Of a stretch of DNA of 40,000 bases, positions 27,719-37,767 are shown piece after piece (the first letter of the stretch is position 1; each line of letters starts with the position of its first letter). Below the pieces are notes generated by a model. It searched no databases and was not told where the DNA came from. It saw only the letters and a program-made list of their open reading frames with translations. Source of the stretch: Pasteurellaceae bacterium LFhippo2 (GTDB taxonomy: Bacteria > Pseudomonadota > Gammaproteobacteria > Enterobacterales > Pasteurellaceae); assembly GCA_029852775.1 (NCBI GenBank), contig LEKJ01000061.1, positions 1 to 40,000 of the forward strand, given 5' to 3'. Position numbers and translations under genes: made by a program.

Positions 27719-27865
27719 TATTACACCTTATTTTGTGTTGAGAAAATTGGGCGTATTAAAACACAAAATCACAAGAATTTCTATCATAGAATGGTCTGTT
27801 CTGTTGACTCAGCGTTCAATAATCAGCAATTTGCAAATTTTTTGTGAAAAACAACCGGTTGCCCC

Positions 27866-27894
27866 TTGCTAAAAAAACTAATTAGACGTATAAA
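27866..27894 (+). promoter_or_regulatory. Sigma-70-type promoter candidate for aspC
   Basis: TTGCTA (27866-27871), a 17-nt spacer, then TATAAA (27889-27894), about 40 nt upstream of the aspC ATG. Confidence 0.45.
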
Positions 27895-27934
27895 TTATAC
27901 TTATTTCATAACAACTCTTTAGGAAGGAAACACA

Positions 27935-29131
27935 ATGTCGATGTTCAATCATATTCAAGCAGCTCCTGCAGACCCAATTTTAGGTTTAGGCGAAGCATTT
28001 AAAGCAGAAACTCGTGCTGAAAAAATCAATTTAGGTATCGGTGTCTATAAAGATGCAAATGGTCAAACCCCAATTGTTAAAGCAGTTAAAGAAGCAGAAA
28101 CACGCTTATTAGCAAAAGAAAATACTAAAAACTATTTAACGATTGATGGTATTGCGGATTTCAATGCGCAAACACAAGTTTTACTATTTGGTGAAGGCGC
28201 AGAAGTGATTTCATCAGGCCGTGCAAAAACAGCACAAAGCTTAGGTGGAACTGGTGCGCTACGTATTGCAGCTGAATTTATTAAACGCCAAACAAGCGCA
28301 CAAAATGTTTGGATTTCAACCCCAACTTGGCCAAACCACAATGCGATTTTCAATGCAGTTGGCTTAAATATTAAAGATTACCGTTACTACAATAAAGAAA
28401 CCAAAGCATTAGACTGGGATAATCTAATTGCAGATTTAAGCCAAGCTGGTAAAGGCGATGTGGTGTTATTCCACGGTTGCTGCCACAACCCGACAGGTAT
28501 CGACCCAACACCTGAACAGTGGGAAACTTTAGCGCAAATGTCTGCAGAAAAAGGTTGGTTACCGTTATTTGACTTTGCTTATCAAGGCTTTGCAAATGGT
28601 TTAGAAGAAGATGCTTACGGTTTACGTGCTTTTGTTAAAAATCATCGTGAAGTGTTAATCTCAAGCTCATATTCGAAAAACTTTGGTTTATACAATGAGC
28701 GTGTAGGGGCATTTACTTTAGTGGCAGATAACGCAGAAGTTGCTAATAATGCATTCAGCCAAGTGAAATCAATTATCCGTGTACTCTACTCTAACCCATC
28801 TTCACACGGGGCAAGTGCGGTTGCGACAGTGCTTGCGGATCCAGAGTTAAAAGCAAGCTGGGTAGCTGAATTAGCTGAAATGCGTGATCGTATCAAGGAA
28901 ATGCGTACTAAGTTTGTTGAAACATTAAAAGAGAAAGGTGCGACACAAAACTTCGACTTTATCATTGCGCAAAATGGTATGTTCTCATTTAGTGGTTTAA
29001 GCCCAGAACAAGTAGATCGCTTAAAAGATGAATTCGCAATTTATGCTGTTCGTTCTGGTCGTATTAATGTTGCGGGTATTACTAACGATAATATCGATGC
29101 ATTATGCTCTGCGATTGTGAAAGTACTATAA
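27935..29131 (+). CDS. aspC: Aspartate aminotransferase (class I, AspC/TyrB family)
   Basis: [32 protein letters not shown] and the [14 protein letters not shown] (PLP-lysine) motifs. Confidence 0.92.
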   Translation: MSMFNHIQAAPADPILGLGEAFKAETRAEKINLGIGVYKDANGQTPIVKAVKEAETRLLAKENTKNYLTIDGIADFNAQTQVLLFGEGAEVISSGRAKTAQSLGGTGALRIAAEFIKRQTSAQNVWISTPTWPNHNAIFNAVGLNIKDYRYYNKETKALDWDNLIADLSQAGKGDVVLFHGCCHNPTGIDPTPEQWETLAQMSAEKGWLPLFDFAYQGFANGLEEDAYGLRAFVKNHREVLISSSYSKNFGLYNERVGAFTLVADNAEVANNAFSQVKSIIRVLYSNPSSHGASAVATVLADPELKASWVAELAEMRDRIKEMRTKFVETLKEKGATQNFDFIIAQNGMFSFSGLSPEQVDRLKDEFAIYAVRSGRINVAGITNDNIDALCSAIVKVL

Positions 29132-29154
29132 CTTAGTGTTTTTATTAATAATTT

Positions 29155-29178
29155 GCCCCGCTTTATGCGGGGCTTTTT
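29155..29178 (+). terminator. Rho-independent terminator of aspC
   Basis: GCCCCGC (29155-29161) / GCGGGGC (29167-29173) with a 5-nt loop, then TTTTT. Confidence 0.8.
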
Positions 29179-29197
29179 GTTAGGCTTCAGCGATACA

Positions 29198-30073
29198 TTA
29201 TTTCCATTTTTTCAGCAGAAAAGGTAAACGATAGATAATTAATGAACCGAGAATCAATAAACAACCAACCCCTTTTCCAATACTCAATGATTCTGAAAGT
29301 ATCCACAGACTAAGTAATAAGGTCCAAACAGGCTCAAGTAACATAATAAATGAGGCATTGACAATATTGCAGTGTTTTTGCCCTATCGTTTGCAATAAAA
29401 ATCGTAAATTAGTTGCAATCAATACACTCGCAATTAACCACCACAGTGCATCCATTTGAATATTGACTTGCCAATCTTCTATAAATAGAGAATAACAACC
29501 ACCCACAAATGCTACGATTAAAAATAGTATTGTTGTTAACGGTAAGGCTGGAATCTGCTTCGCATACTGATTAATAAGGACGAAATAAAAGGCTGCCATA
29601 AATGATGACACTAAAAAAGCGCCATCATTCATAGACAAACTAATACCTTTTCCATCTAATACTAAAAAATAAAGACCACTAATTGCCACTGGCAAAGCAA
29701 ACCAAAAACTATGGCTTGGTTTATTGCGGAAAATTAGCCACGAAATAAAAGGCGCAATTAATAGTGATAAGCTCATAATAAATGCGCCTTGCCCTAATTT
29801 TGCATTTCCTGTAATAGCAATAATCCAAGTTATGAGATTTAGAGAAAAGAATATGCCTACAATCCCTGCCATTTTAAGTTGAGTAAAACCTAATTTTGCC
29901 AAATGCTTATACGCAAAAGGTAAGAATATTATTGCAGCTAAAAAAAAGCGAATGGCAATAAAACCCACAGGAGGAAAATCTGCAATGGCATATTTAGAGA
30001 AAAACCACCCTGCTGAAGCTAAGATCGTTGTTAACAATAAAATTAATTCACCGCGATAGTGTTGTAAAAACAT
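29198..30073 (-). CDS. DMT-superfamily (EamA-like) transporter
   Basis: 291 aa, about 10 predicted hydrophobic helices, with two-repeat EamA-like organisation. Substrate unknown. Confidence 0.65.
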   Translation of the reverse strand: MFLQHYRGELILLLTTILASAGWFFSKYAIADFPPVGFIAIRFFLAAIIFLPFAYKHLAKLGFTQLKMAGIVGIFFSLNLITWIIAITGNAKLGQGAFIMSLSLLIAPFISWLIFRNKPSHSFWFALPVAISGLYFLVLDGKGISLSMNDGAFLVSSFMAAFYFVLINQYAKQIPALPLTTILFLIVAFVGGCYSLFIEDWQVNIQMDALWWLIASVLIATNLRFLLQTIGQKHCNIVNASFIMLLEPVWTLLLSLWILSESLSIGKGVGCLLILGSLIIYRLPFLLKKWK

Positions 30074-30091
30074 AGATTTTCCGATAATAAA

Positions 30092-31264
30092 TTAGTTTGA
30101 ATAGCGACATTTTACAGTAAGGAAAATAATTAGTCCCATTAAAGCTAATCCAGCGCCAATAAATCCAATATAAGGTAAACCTAAATGGATCATCACTTGG
30201 TTTCCTATTAAAGCACCACCGCCAATACCTATATTATAAATTCCTGAATAAATTGCTGTTGCCACATCTGTTGCGTCAGGGGCAAGTTGCAACACTCGCA
30301 TTTGCATAGCAAGACTCAGCGCAGAAATACAGATTCCCCATAAAAAAGCTAACAAAAACATTATGCTAATTTGTGAGCTTAGCGGTAGCAATAGTATTTG
30401 AGTTACGGCAATACCGATTATTGCACAAATTAAAAAGCAATTTGGATGATTTGGATGAAGTTTTCCAAATAGAAAACTTGCAACAACGCCAGATAAACCA
30501 AAAACAAGTAGTAAAGCCGTTGCCATTTGTGCAGGCATTTGGCTGATTTGAGTCACAAAAGGCTCAATATAACTATATCCTGTGAAATGGCCTGAAATAA
30601 TCACAGCAGTAAGAACATAAATACCAATAAGTAATGGGCGTTTGGCTAGTAATGGTAAACTTGCAAGTGAACCTGAGTTCTTACTCGGCAGATGTGGTAA
30701 TAATTTCCAAATCATCAACATCACGGCAAAAGCAACAATGCCAATTAATGCAAAAGTCGCTCGCCAACCAAGCGCTTGTCCAATAATTCGCCCAATCGGT
30801 AATCCTAGTACCATTGCCAATGCACTTCCTAGAGCAAATAATCCAAGAGCTTGTTGTTTTTTATCTTTAGGCGCAACTCTAATCACTAATGAGGCTGTGA
30901 TAGACCAAAAAATTGCGTGAGTTAAAGCTATACCGATACGAGAAATCAATAAAATCCAGAAATTCCACGCAAATACGGAGAGAATATGGCTTACTATAAA
31001 CACAATAAAGAGCTTAATTAGCAGGCTTTTTCGCTCTAATCTTGCGGTTAAGAGCATAAATGGTAACGACATCAATGATACTACCCACGCATAAGCAGTG
31101 ATCATCAAGCCTGTGTGAGATACGTCCATTTCAAAGCTATGGGCAATATCGGATAGCAATGCAACAGGGATAAACTCAGTGGTATTAAAAATAAATGCTG
31201 AAAGCGCAAATACAAAAACTCGCAATAATGCGAGTTTTCTATGTTTTAATCGTAAGGCTGTCAT
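30092..31264 (-). CDS. sotB: MFS sugar efflux transporter (SotB/YdeA-like)
   Basis: Close resemblance to remembered E. coli SotB: FIFNTTEFIPVALLSDIA, YAWVVSLMSLPFML, AIFWSITASL, LGLPIGRIIGQ, LAPDATDVA and GIGGGALIGN. Confidence 0.75.
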   Translation of the reverse strand: MTALRLKHRKLALLRVFVFALSAFIFNTTEFIPVALLSDIAHSFEMDVSHTGLMITAYAWVVSLMSLPFMLLTARLERKSLLIKLFIVFIVSHILSVFAWNFWILLISRIGIALTHAIFWSITASLVIRVAPKDKKQQALGLFALGSALAMVLGLPIGRIIGQALGWRATFALIGIVAFAVMLMIWKLLPHLPSKNSGSLASLPLLAKRPLLIGIYVLTAVIISGHFTGYSYIEPFVTQISQMPAQMATALLLVFGLSGVVASFLFGKLHPNHPNCFLICAIIGIAVTQILLLPLSSQISIMFLLAFLWGICISALSLAMQMRVLQLAPDATDVATAIYSGIYNIGIGGGALIGNQVMIHLGLPYIGFIGAGLALMGLIIFLTVKCRYSN

Positions 31265-31356
31265 AAAATAAAATATAAAAAAATTAAAGCGCTATTCTCG
31301 GTAGAAATTGCGCAATAATCAAATGGATTTACGTTGATTTGCGTCCTTCTACAATA

Positions 31357-33375
31357 TTATAACTCTAATAAATACGCCTTTAACTGCTGTAATTTATCTC
31401 TGGTTGCAGCTGCTTTTTCAAATTCCAGATCTTTCGCAAAATCACGCATTTGTTGTTCAAGCACCTTAAGCTCTTTTTCCAATTCCTTGCGTGATTTTGG
31501 TGTGTAAGCGGTCTGATTCTCTGAAATTTTTGCAGATTTCTTGCCACGTTTTGGCTTATCACTTTGTCCAATATCCAATAACTCACCGACTTTCTTATTC
31601 AATGCTTGTGGCACAATACCATTTTGACGGTTATATTCCATCTGTTTCTCACGACGGCGTTCTGTTTCGGTAATCGCTTTTTGCATTGAGTTAGTAATAC
31701 GATCCCCATATAAAATTGCCTTACCGTTTAAGTTACGCGCCGCACGGCCGATAGTCTGAATAAGTGAACGTTCCGAACGTAAAAAGCCCTCTTTGTCCGC
31801 ATCTAAGATAGCCACTAACGAAACCTCTGGCATATCCAAACCTTCACGCAATAAGTTGATACCGACTAATACATCAAACATCCCCATTCGCAGATCGTGG
31901 ATGATCTCAACACGTTCAACGGTATCAATATCACTGTGTAAATAGCGCACACGTACACCATGTTCATCTAAATAGTCGGTTAAATCTTCCGCCATCTTCT
32001 TGGTTAGCGTAGTCACAAGCACACGTTCTTCAACTTCCACACGCTTATGAATTTCAGACAGTAAATCATCTACTTGTGTCCCTACTGGGCGTACTTCTAT
32101 AATCGGATCTAATAAGCCTGTTGGACGCACCACTTGATCAATGACATCATCACCCGATTTCTCTAGTTCATAAGGGCCGGGAGTTGCCGAAACGTAGATC
32201 GTTTGTGGCGATAAACGCTCAAACTCTTCAAAACGTAATGGGCGGTTATCCAGTGCCGATGGTAGGCGGAAGCCATATTGTACTAAGGTTTCCTTACGTG
32301 CGCGGTCGCCACGATACATACCGCCAATTTGTGGCACAGTTACGTGCGACTCATCAATAATCAGCAAACCATCATCAGGCATATAGTCGAATAGGGTTGG
32401 TGGTGGCGCACCTGCTTCTCTGCCCGATAGGTAGCGAGAATAGTTTTCGATCCCCGAGCAGTAGCCTAACTCATTCATCATTTCAATATCGAATTGAGTA
32501 CGTTGTGCCAGACGTTGCTCTTCAACCAATTTATTCTCTTGAATAAAGTAGGTACGGCGTTCCGCAAGCTCTTCTTTGATATTCTCAATCGCATCTAAAA
32601 TACGTTCTCTAGGGGTAACATAGTGCGTTTTTGGATAGACCGTATAACGTGGTACACGCCCTAAACTATGCCCTGTTAAAGGATCGAATAATGACAAATT
32701 TTCGATTTCATCATCGAATAGCTCCACACGTAGGGCAATATCATCCGACTCGGCAGGAAAAATATCAATTACTTCACCACGCACACGGAAAGTACCTCGC
32801 TGGAATGCTTGATCATTACGGGTATATTGAATTTCGGCTAAACGAGATAGGATTTTGCGTTGGTCGATCATCTCCCCCACTTGCAAATGTAACATCATCT
32901 GCAAATAGGCATCCGCATCACCCAAACCATAAATGGCTGATACAGAAGCAACTACAATGGTATCTCGGCGTTCAAGGAAAGATTTGGTTGCAGAAAGACG
33001 CATCTGTTCAATCTGTTCATTGATTGATGCATCTTTTTCAATAAAGGTATCACTGCTTGGCACATAAGCTTCTGGTTGATAGTAATCATAGTAAGAAACG
33101 AAATATTCCACTGCATTTTCAGGGAAGAAGGCTTTCATCTCCGCATAAAGCTGTGCCGCCAACGTTTTATTTGGCGCAAGTAGCATTGCGGGACGGTTTA
33201 ATGTCGCAATGACATTGGCAATAGTAAAGGTTTTCCCCGAACCTGTTACCCCAAGAAGTGTTTGATGAGCCAAACCATCCTTTAAACCTTCGGTTAATTT
33301 AGCAATCGCTGTGGGCTGATCGCCCGAAGGTTTAAAAGGGGAATGAAGAATAAAAGGTTTGCCTTGTTTGCTCAT
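31357..33375 (-). CDS. uvrB: Excinuclease ABC subunit B
   Basis: [10 protein letters not shown] Walker [15 protein letters not shown], helicase motifs, and the C-terminal UVR domain ([11 protein letters not shown]). Confidence 0.97.
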   Translation of the reverse strand: MSKQGKPFILHSPFKPSGDQPTAIAKLTEGLKDGLAHQTLLGVTGSGKTFTIANVIATLNRPAMLLAPNKTLAAQLYAEMKAFFPENAVEYFVSYYDYYQPEAYVPSSDTFIEKDASINEQIEQMRLSATKSFLERRDTIVVASVSAIYGLGDADAYLQMMLHLQVGEMIDQRKILSRLAEIQYTRNDQAFQRGTFRVRGEVIDIFPAESDDIALRVELFDDEIENLSLFDPLTGHSLGRVPRYTVYPKTHYVTPRERILDAIENIKEELAERRTYFIQENKLVEEQRLAQRTQFDIEMMNELGYCSGIENYSRYLSGREAGAPPPTLFDYMPDDGLLIIDESHVTVPQIGGMYRGDRARKETLVQYGFRLPSALDNRPLRFEEFERLSPQTIYVSATPGPYELEKSGDDVIDQVVRPTGLLDPIIEVRPVGTQVDDLLSEIHKRVEVEERVLVTTLTKKMAEDLTDYLDEHGVRVRYLHSDIDTVERVEIIHDLRMGMFDVLVGINLLREGLDMPEVSLVAILDADKEGFLRSERSLIQTIGRAARNLNGKAILYGDRITNSMQKAITETERRREKQMEYNRQNGIVPQALNKKVGELLDIGQSDKPKRGKKSAKISENQTAYTPKSRKELEKELKVLEQQMRDFAKDLEFEKAAATRDKLQQLKAYLLEL

Positions 33376-33513
33376 TAAAAAATCCTATCCAAAATAATAA
33401 GGGACGAATTTTATCACAATTCGATAGCGATGACGACGAACCATTTGTCGATAAGGTCGATACAGTGTAGAATGTCGTGTTATTTTTATATTAAAACGAG
33501 AATATCAGAAACT

Positions 33514-35193
33514 ATGAGCAACGAGAATTTAGAAACAGCAGTTGCGCACGACGATGTACGTGCGAACTTTATTACCCATATTATTGATGAAGATTTAAAA
33601 AGCGGTAAACACAATAACGTTTACACTCGTTTCCCGCCTGAGCCAAACGGCTATTTACATATTGGCCACGCAAAATCAATCTGTTTAAACTTCGGTTTAG
33701 CGGAACAGTACAATGGCTTATGTAATCTACGTTTTGATGATACTAACCCTGTTAAAGAAGATGTGGAATATGTGGACTCAATCAAACAAGACGTTGAATG
33801 GTTAGGCTTCAAATGGGAAGGTGAGCCACGCTATGCATCTGACTATTTCGATCAACTTTATGGTTATGCCATTGAGTTAATCGAAAAAGGTTTAGCTTAT
33901 GTATGTGAATTAACGCCTGACGAAATGCGTGAATACCGTGGTACATTAACAGAACCAGGTAAAAACAGTCCATACCGTGATCGCACTGTAGAAGAGAACT
34001 TAGCGCTTTTCCAAAAAATGAAAAATGGTGAAGTGGAAGAAGGTAAAATGAGCCTTCGTGCAAAAATCGATATGGCTTCGCCATTTATGGTAATGCGCGA
34101 TCCAGTGATCTACCGTATCAAATTTGCGACTCACCACCAAACAGGCGATAAATGGTGTATCTACCCTATGTACGATTTCACTCACTGTATTTCAGATGCG
34201 ATTGAGCGTATTACTCACTCAATTTGTACATTAGAGTTCCAAGATAACCGTCGTTTATATGACTGGGTGTTAGAAAATATCTCGATTGAACGTCCATTAC
34301 CGCATCAGTACGAATTTTCTCGCTTAAATTTAGAAGGCACATTAACTTCTAAACGTAAGTTATTAAAATTAGTGGAAGACAAAATCGTTGATGGTTGGAA
34401 TGACCCACGTATGCCTACAATTTCTGGTTTACGTCGTCGTGGTTATACCCCTGAATCGTTACGTGAATTTGCACGTCGTATCGGTGTAACCAAACAAGAT
34501 AACGTTGTGGAATATAGCGCATTAGAAGCCTGTATCCGCGAAGATTTAAACACCAATGCACCACGTGCAATGGCGGTGTTAAACCCAGTTAAAGTGGTGA
34601 TTGAAAACTTTGAAGGCGAAGAGATCTTAACTGCGCCAAATCACCCAAATCGTGAAGATTTAGGTACTCGCGAGTTACCTTTCACTCGTGAACTCTATAT
34701 TGATGAAGCAGATTTCCGTGAAGAAGCAAACAAACAATATAAACGTTTAGTATTAGGTAAAGAAGTGCGTTTACGTAACGCTTATGTGATTAAAGCAGAA
34801 CGTGTTGAGAAAGATGCAAGCGGTAAGATTACTACAATTTTTTGCACATACGATCCTGAAACATTAGGTAAAAACCCTGCTGATGGTCGTAAGGTGAAAG
34901 GCGTTATTCATTGGGTTTCGGCAACGAATAACAAAGCTGCTGAATTTCGTGTTTATGACCGTTTATTCACTGTGCCAAATCCTGGTGCCGCTGAAGATAT
35001 TGCTGAAGTATTAAATCCAGCTTCTTTAGTCGTTAAACATGGTTTTGTTGAAGCAAGTTTAGTGAATGCAAAAGCAGAACAAGGTTACCAATTTGAGCGT
35101 GAAGGCTACTACTGCTTAGATAGCAAAGATGGTTCTAAAGATAACCTAGTGTTTAACTTAACGGTAAGTTTAAAAGAAGGCTTTACAGCTTAA
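33514..35193 (+). CDS. glnS: Glutamine--tRNA ligase
   Basis: Start at ATG 33514 (MSNENLE). HIGH motif ([13 protein letters not shown]), a KMSKS-equivalent region (LTSKRKL), and full-length GlnRS similarity. The track's 28 upstream codons were discarded. Confidence 0.95.
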   Translation: MSNENLETAVAHDDVRANFITHIIDEDLKSGKHNNVYTRFPPEPNGYLHIGHAKSICLNFGLAEQYNGLCNLRFDDTNPVKEDVEYVDSIKQDVEWLGFKWEGEPRYASDYFDQLYGYAIELIEKGLAYVCELTPDEMREYRGTLTEPGKNSPYRDRTVEENLALFQKMKNGEVEEGKMSLRAKIDMASPFMVMRDPVIYRIKFATHHQTGDKWCIYPMYDFTHCISDAIERITHSICTLEFQDNRRLYDWVLENISIERPLPHQYEFSRLNLEGTLTSKRKLLKLVEDKIVDGWNDPRMPTISGLRRRGYTPESLREFARRIGVTKQDNVVEYSALEACIREDLNTNAPRAMAVLNPVKVVIENFEGEEILTAPNHPNREDLGTRELPFTRELYIDEADFREEANKQYKRLVLGKEVRLRNAYVIKAERVEKDASGKITTIFCTYDPETLGKNPADGRKVKGVIHWVSATNNKAAEFRVYDRLFTVPNPGAAEDIAEVLNPASLVVKHGFVEASLVNAKAEQGYQFEREGYYCLDSKDGSKDNLVFNLTVSLKEGFTA

Positions 35194-35206
35194 CTGTATT
35201 ATTTAA

Positions 35207-35237
35207 AGGTATTGTTTTATCACAATACCTTTTTTTT
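35207..35237 (+). terminator. Rho-independent terminator of glnS
   Basis: Perfect 9-bp stem AGGTATTGT / ACAATACCT with a 6-nt loop, followed by a T-run of 7-8. Confidence 0.75.
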
Positions 35238-35262
35238 ATCTGTATTTTAGTAAGGAATCTAT

Positions 35263-36657
35263 ATGACTAATACTCAAAGACCTTATTGGTTTGTTGGCGC
35301 ATCTTATGGTGGAAATGATGACCAAACCGATCTATTTGTTACTCAAGGCATCTGGAATCATGGGAAAGATGATATAAATACTTGTAATAGTGTTTTAAAT
35401 ATGAAAGTCGGGGATAAAATAGCAATTAAGTCAGTTTTTACACAAAAATATGATTTACCTTTTGATAACCCCAAAAACCATACATACTCTGTTCTCAGAA
35501 TTAAAGCTATAGGTACGATAGTTGGAGAAAGTCTTGATAATGGCTACTCTATCAAGGTAGATTGGCAGAAAGATTTTGAACCTAAAAACTGGTATCACTA
35601 TGTATATCAAGGAACTATTTGGCTAGTTAATCCTAATCGAACAGATAGCGAATCTTGGAAAGCAAAAGCGTTAATTGATTTTACATTTAATAATAAACCG
35701 CAAGATTTTAGTTTATTTACTAATAATGGAAGTATAGCTGATAATGAAGATGTAGCTTTTACAACTACAGTAAAAACTATAGATTACACCATTGCAAATA
35801 TTCAACAAGATGGCTGCTTTTTAGAACAGAAGCAACTTGAAGATATTCTATTTCACCTGAAATTTAAAAAAAATCTTATTTTACAAGGAGCGCCAGGTAC
35901 AGGAAAAACTTGGCTTGCAAAAAGACTTGCTTATGCAATTATTCAGCAAAAGGACTCAAGTAAAGTCAAAGCAGTACAATTTCATCCTAATCTCTCTTAT
36001 GAAGATTTTGTTCGTGGCTGGCGACCAAACGGAGATGGTAAACTATCTCTTCAGGATGGCTCACTGATGGAAATAACTAAAAAGGCACTTAATGATCCTA
36101 ATACAAATTATGTTCTTGTTATTGAAGAAATTAATCGTGGCAATCCTGCTCAAATATTTGGCGAAATGCTAACATTATTAGAATCAGATAAGCGTAATCC
36201 TGAAAGCGCTCTGGAATTAGCATATAAAGTTAATGAATATGAACGTATCTACCTACCCAATAATTTATATATCATTGGCACAATGAATATTGCAGATCGC
36301 TCATTAGCTTTAGTAGACTTTGCATTGCGACGACGTTTTTCTTTTGTTGAATTGGAACCAAATTTTAGTAATAAATGGCAAAATTGGCTTAAAGAAAAAT
36401 TTCACTTTGATGATAATTTTATCAAGAAGATTCACTCAAGAATTCTTCAAGTAAATGAACAAATCTGTCAAGAATTAGGAGATCAATTTAGAATTGGGCA
36501 CAGCTATTTCACGCCGCCAGAAAATTGTGAAATTCAGCCTGAGATATGGTTTAAACAAGTGGTTCAGAATGAAATTATCCCTTTACTGAATGAATATTGG
36601 TTTGATAGTCCTGAGAAGGCTCAACAGGTCGCAAATTTATTAATAGAGAATAGATAA
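35263..36657 (+). CDS. mcrB: McrB-family AAA+ GTPase subunit of a type IV (modification-dependent) restriction system, with a non-canonical N-terminal domain
   Basis: Walker A GAPGTGKT (35887-35910), VLVIEEINRGNPAQIFGE, the McrB signature IIGTMNIADRSLALVDFALRRRFSF, and FRIGHSYF. Residues from about 173 onward align in my memory with the E. coli McrB GTPase module. Residues 1 to about 135 do not resemble the E. coli McrB N-domain. Confidence 0.88.
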   Translation: MTNTQRPYWFVGASYGGNDDQTDLFVTQGIWNHGKDDINTCNSVLNMKVGDKIAIKSVFTQKYDLPFDNPKNHTYSVLRIKAIGTIVGESLDNGYSIKVDWQKDFEPKNWYHYVYQGTIWLVNPNRTDSESWKAKALIDFTFNNKPQDFSLFTNNGSIADNEDVAFTTTVKTIDYTIANIQQDGCFLEQKQLEDILFHLKFKKNLILQGAPGTGKTWLAKRLAYAIIQQKDSSKVKAVQFHPNLSYEDFVRGWRPNGDGKLSLQDGSLMEITKKALNDPNTNYVLVIEEINRGNPAQIFGEMLTLLESDKRNPESALELAYKVNEYERIYLPNNLYIIGTMNIADRSLALVDFALRRRFSFVELEPNFSNKWQNWLKEKFHFDDNFIKKIHSRILQVNEQICQELGDQFRIGHSYFTPPENCEIQPEIWFKQVVQNEIIPLLNEYWFDSPEKAQQVANLLIENR

Positions 36658-37712
36658 TGTCTGCCCAAATTCCTGTTCAAAATATTTGGCTTTTGATGTT
36701 GTATGCATCAGAACTATTCCAAACGATACAAGAAAATCAAAATGTTACTATTGAAGATAATCCTGACAACATTCCTGATTTAGTTGCTGAAATTCTCTGT
36801 TACCAAGTAGAAAAACGTCTTAAACGTCAATTAAATTATGGGTATCAATATAAATCAGCACAACTAACAAGAGTTCGTGGGCGTATTAATTTACGAGAAA
36901 CAGAAACTAAAAAGTTACTCAGCAAAGGACGAATTGCTTGTAAATTTGAAGAACTGAATTGGAATACATCACGAAATTGTTTTGTAAAAATAGCTCTGGA
37001 GAAATTAAGTAAAATCGTTTCTAATCCGCTTTCTCACCGTTGTCGATTACTAACTAACAAATTTAATCAATTGGGTATTACTGGAGACATTCGAAATTAT
37101 AACCCAATGAGAGATACTTTCTGTCGCAATGATATCATTGATAAAGAAATGGTTATTACAGCTCACTTAGCCTTACAATTAGCATTACCGACTGAGCAAA
37201 ATGGCAAGTATTTATTATTAAAGCCTGATAATAATATTGATTGGTTACGTAAGTTGTATGAAAAGGCTATCGCAGGGTTTTATCAGGTACTACTGTCTTC
37301 ACAAGGTTGGGAAATAAAAACTGGAAAACGTTCAAGATGGCAAGTGTCGAAACAAAGTAGCGGAATCTTAGATATTTTACCGACAATGCAGACAGATATT
37401 GAATTAATCAATCTGAAGCAACAAAAGCACATTATTATTGATACTAAATTCAATGAAATCCTTATTTCGGGTAATTATAGAGAAAAAAGTTTACGCAGTG
37501 GCTATGTTTACCAAATGTATGCCTATTTACATTCTCAACAGAGAGACTGTTCAGCTATTGGAATTATTCTACATCCTATGTTTGGTGAACCACTAAGTGA
37601 ATATGCTATTATTCAACAGCATAAAATGCAATTTTCAACGGTTAACTTACAAGCTACAGCGATTGAAATCCGTCAACAGCTGTTAGATATTATTAACAAT
37701 GCCTTAAGCTAG
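36657..37712 (+). CDS. mcrC: McrC-family PD-(D/E)xK endonuclease subunit
   Basis: N-terminus IPVQNIWLLMLYA (compare E. coli McrC IPVRNIYYMLTYA), the catalytic region LPTMQTDIEL...IIIDTKF (D247, D262-x-K264; nt 37395-37448), and YVYQMYAYL. The ATG overlaps the mcrB TAA (TAATG). Confidence 0.88.
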   Translation: MSAQIPVQNIWLLMLYASELFQTIQENQNVTIEDNPDNIPDLVAEILCYQVEKRLKRQLNYGYQYKSAQLTRVRGRINLRETETKKLLSKGRIACKFEELNWNTSRNCFVKIALEKLSKIVSNPLSHRCRLLTNKFNQLGITGDIRNYNPMRDTFCRNDIIDKEMVITAHLALQLALPTEQNGKYLLLKPDNNIDWLRKLYEKAIAGFYQVLLSSQGWEIKTGKRSRWQVSKQSSGILDILPTMQTDIELINLKQQKHIIIDTKFNEILISGNYREKSLRSGYVYQMYAYLHSQQRDCSAIGIILHPMFGEPLSEYAIIQQHKMQFSTVNLQATAIEIRQQLLDIINNALS

Positions 37713-37727
37713 TTTGCAAAAGATATG

Positions 37728-37757
37728 AAAAAACCGACCGGTTGTGGTCGGTTTTTT
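37728..37757. terminator. Bidirectional rho-independent terminator between mcrC and argA
   Basis: A6, CCGACC (37734-37739), 6-nt loop, GGTCGG (37746-37751), T6. It serves both convergent genes. Confidence 0.8.
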
Positions 37758-37767
37758 GTTTCTTATT

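Noticed and set aside
28813-28821. A Hin-type USS (AAGTGCGGT) inside aspC, suggesting a Haemophilus/Pasteurella-type uptake specificity.
   Set aside because: It is a single copy, against four perfect and several near-perfect Apl-type USS. It is most simply a chance or ancestral occurrence.
33376-33513. A LexA SOS box (CTGT-N8-ACAG) upstream of uvrB.
   Set aside because: I could not find a convincing CTGT-N8-ACAG match in the 138-bp uvrB-glnS divergent region by eye. A PWM scan would be needed to settle this.
493-34185. Many 60-130 aa ORFs nested inside or antisense to large genes. Examples: 493-702, 2692-2904, 6197-6547, 11704-11994, 12434-12676, 16023-16310, 17403-17636, 20360-20659, 23665-23913, 30642-30920, 32631-33023 and 33809-34084.
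   Set aside because: All lie entirely within confidently assigned genes with strong family similarity. They have low-complexity or compositionally odd translations and no visible RBS. They are typical shadow ORFs.
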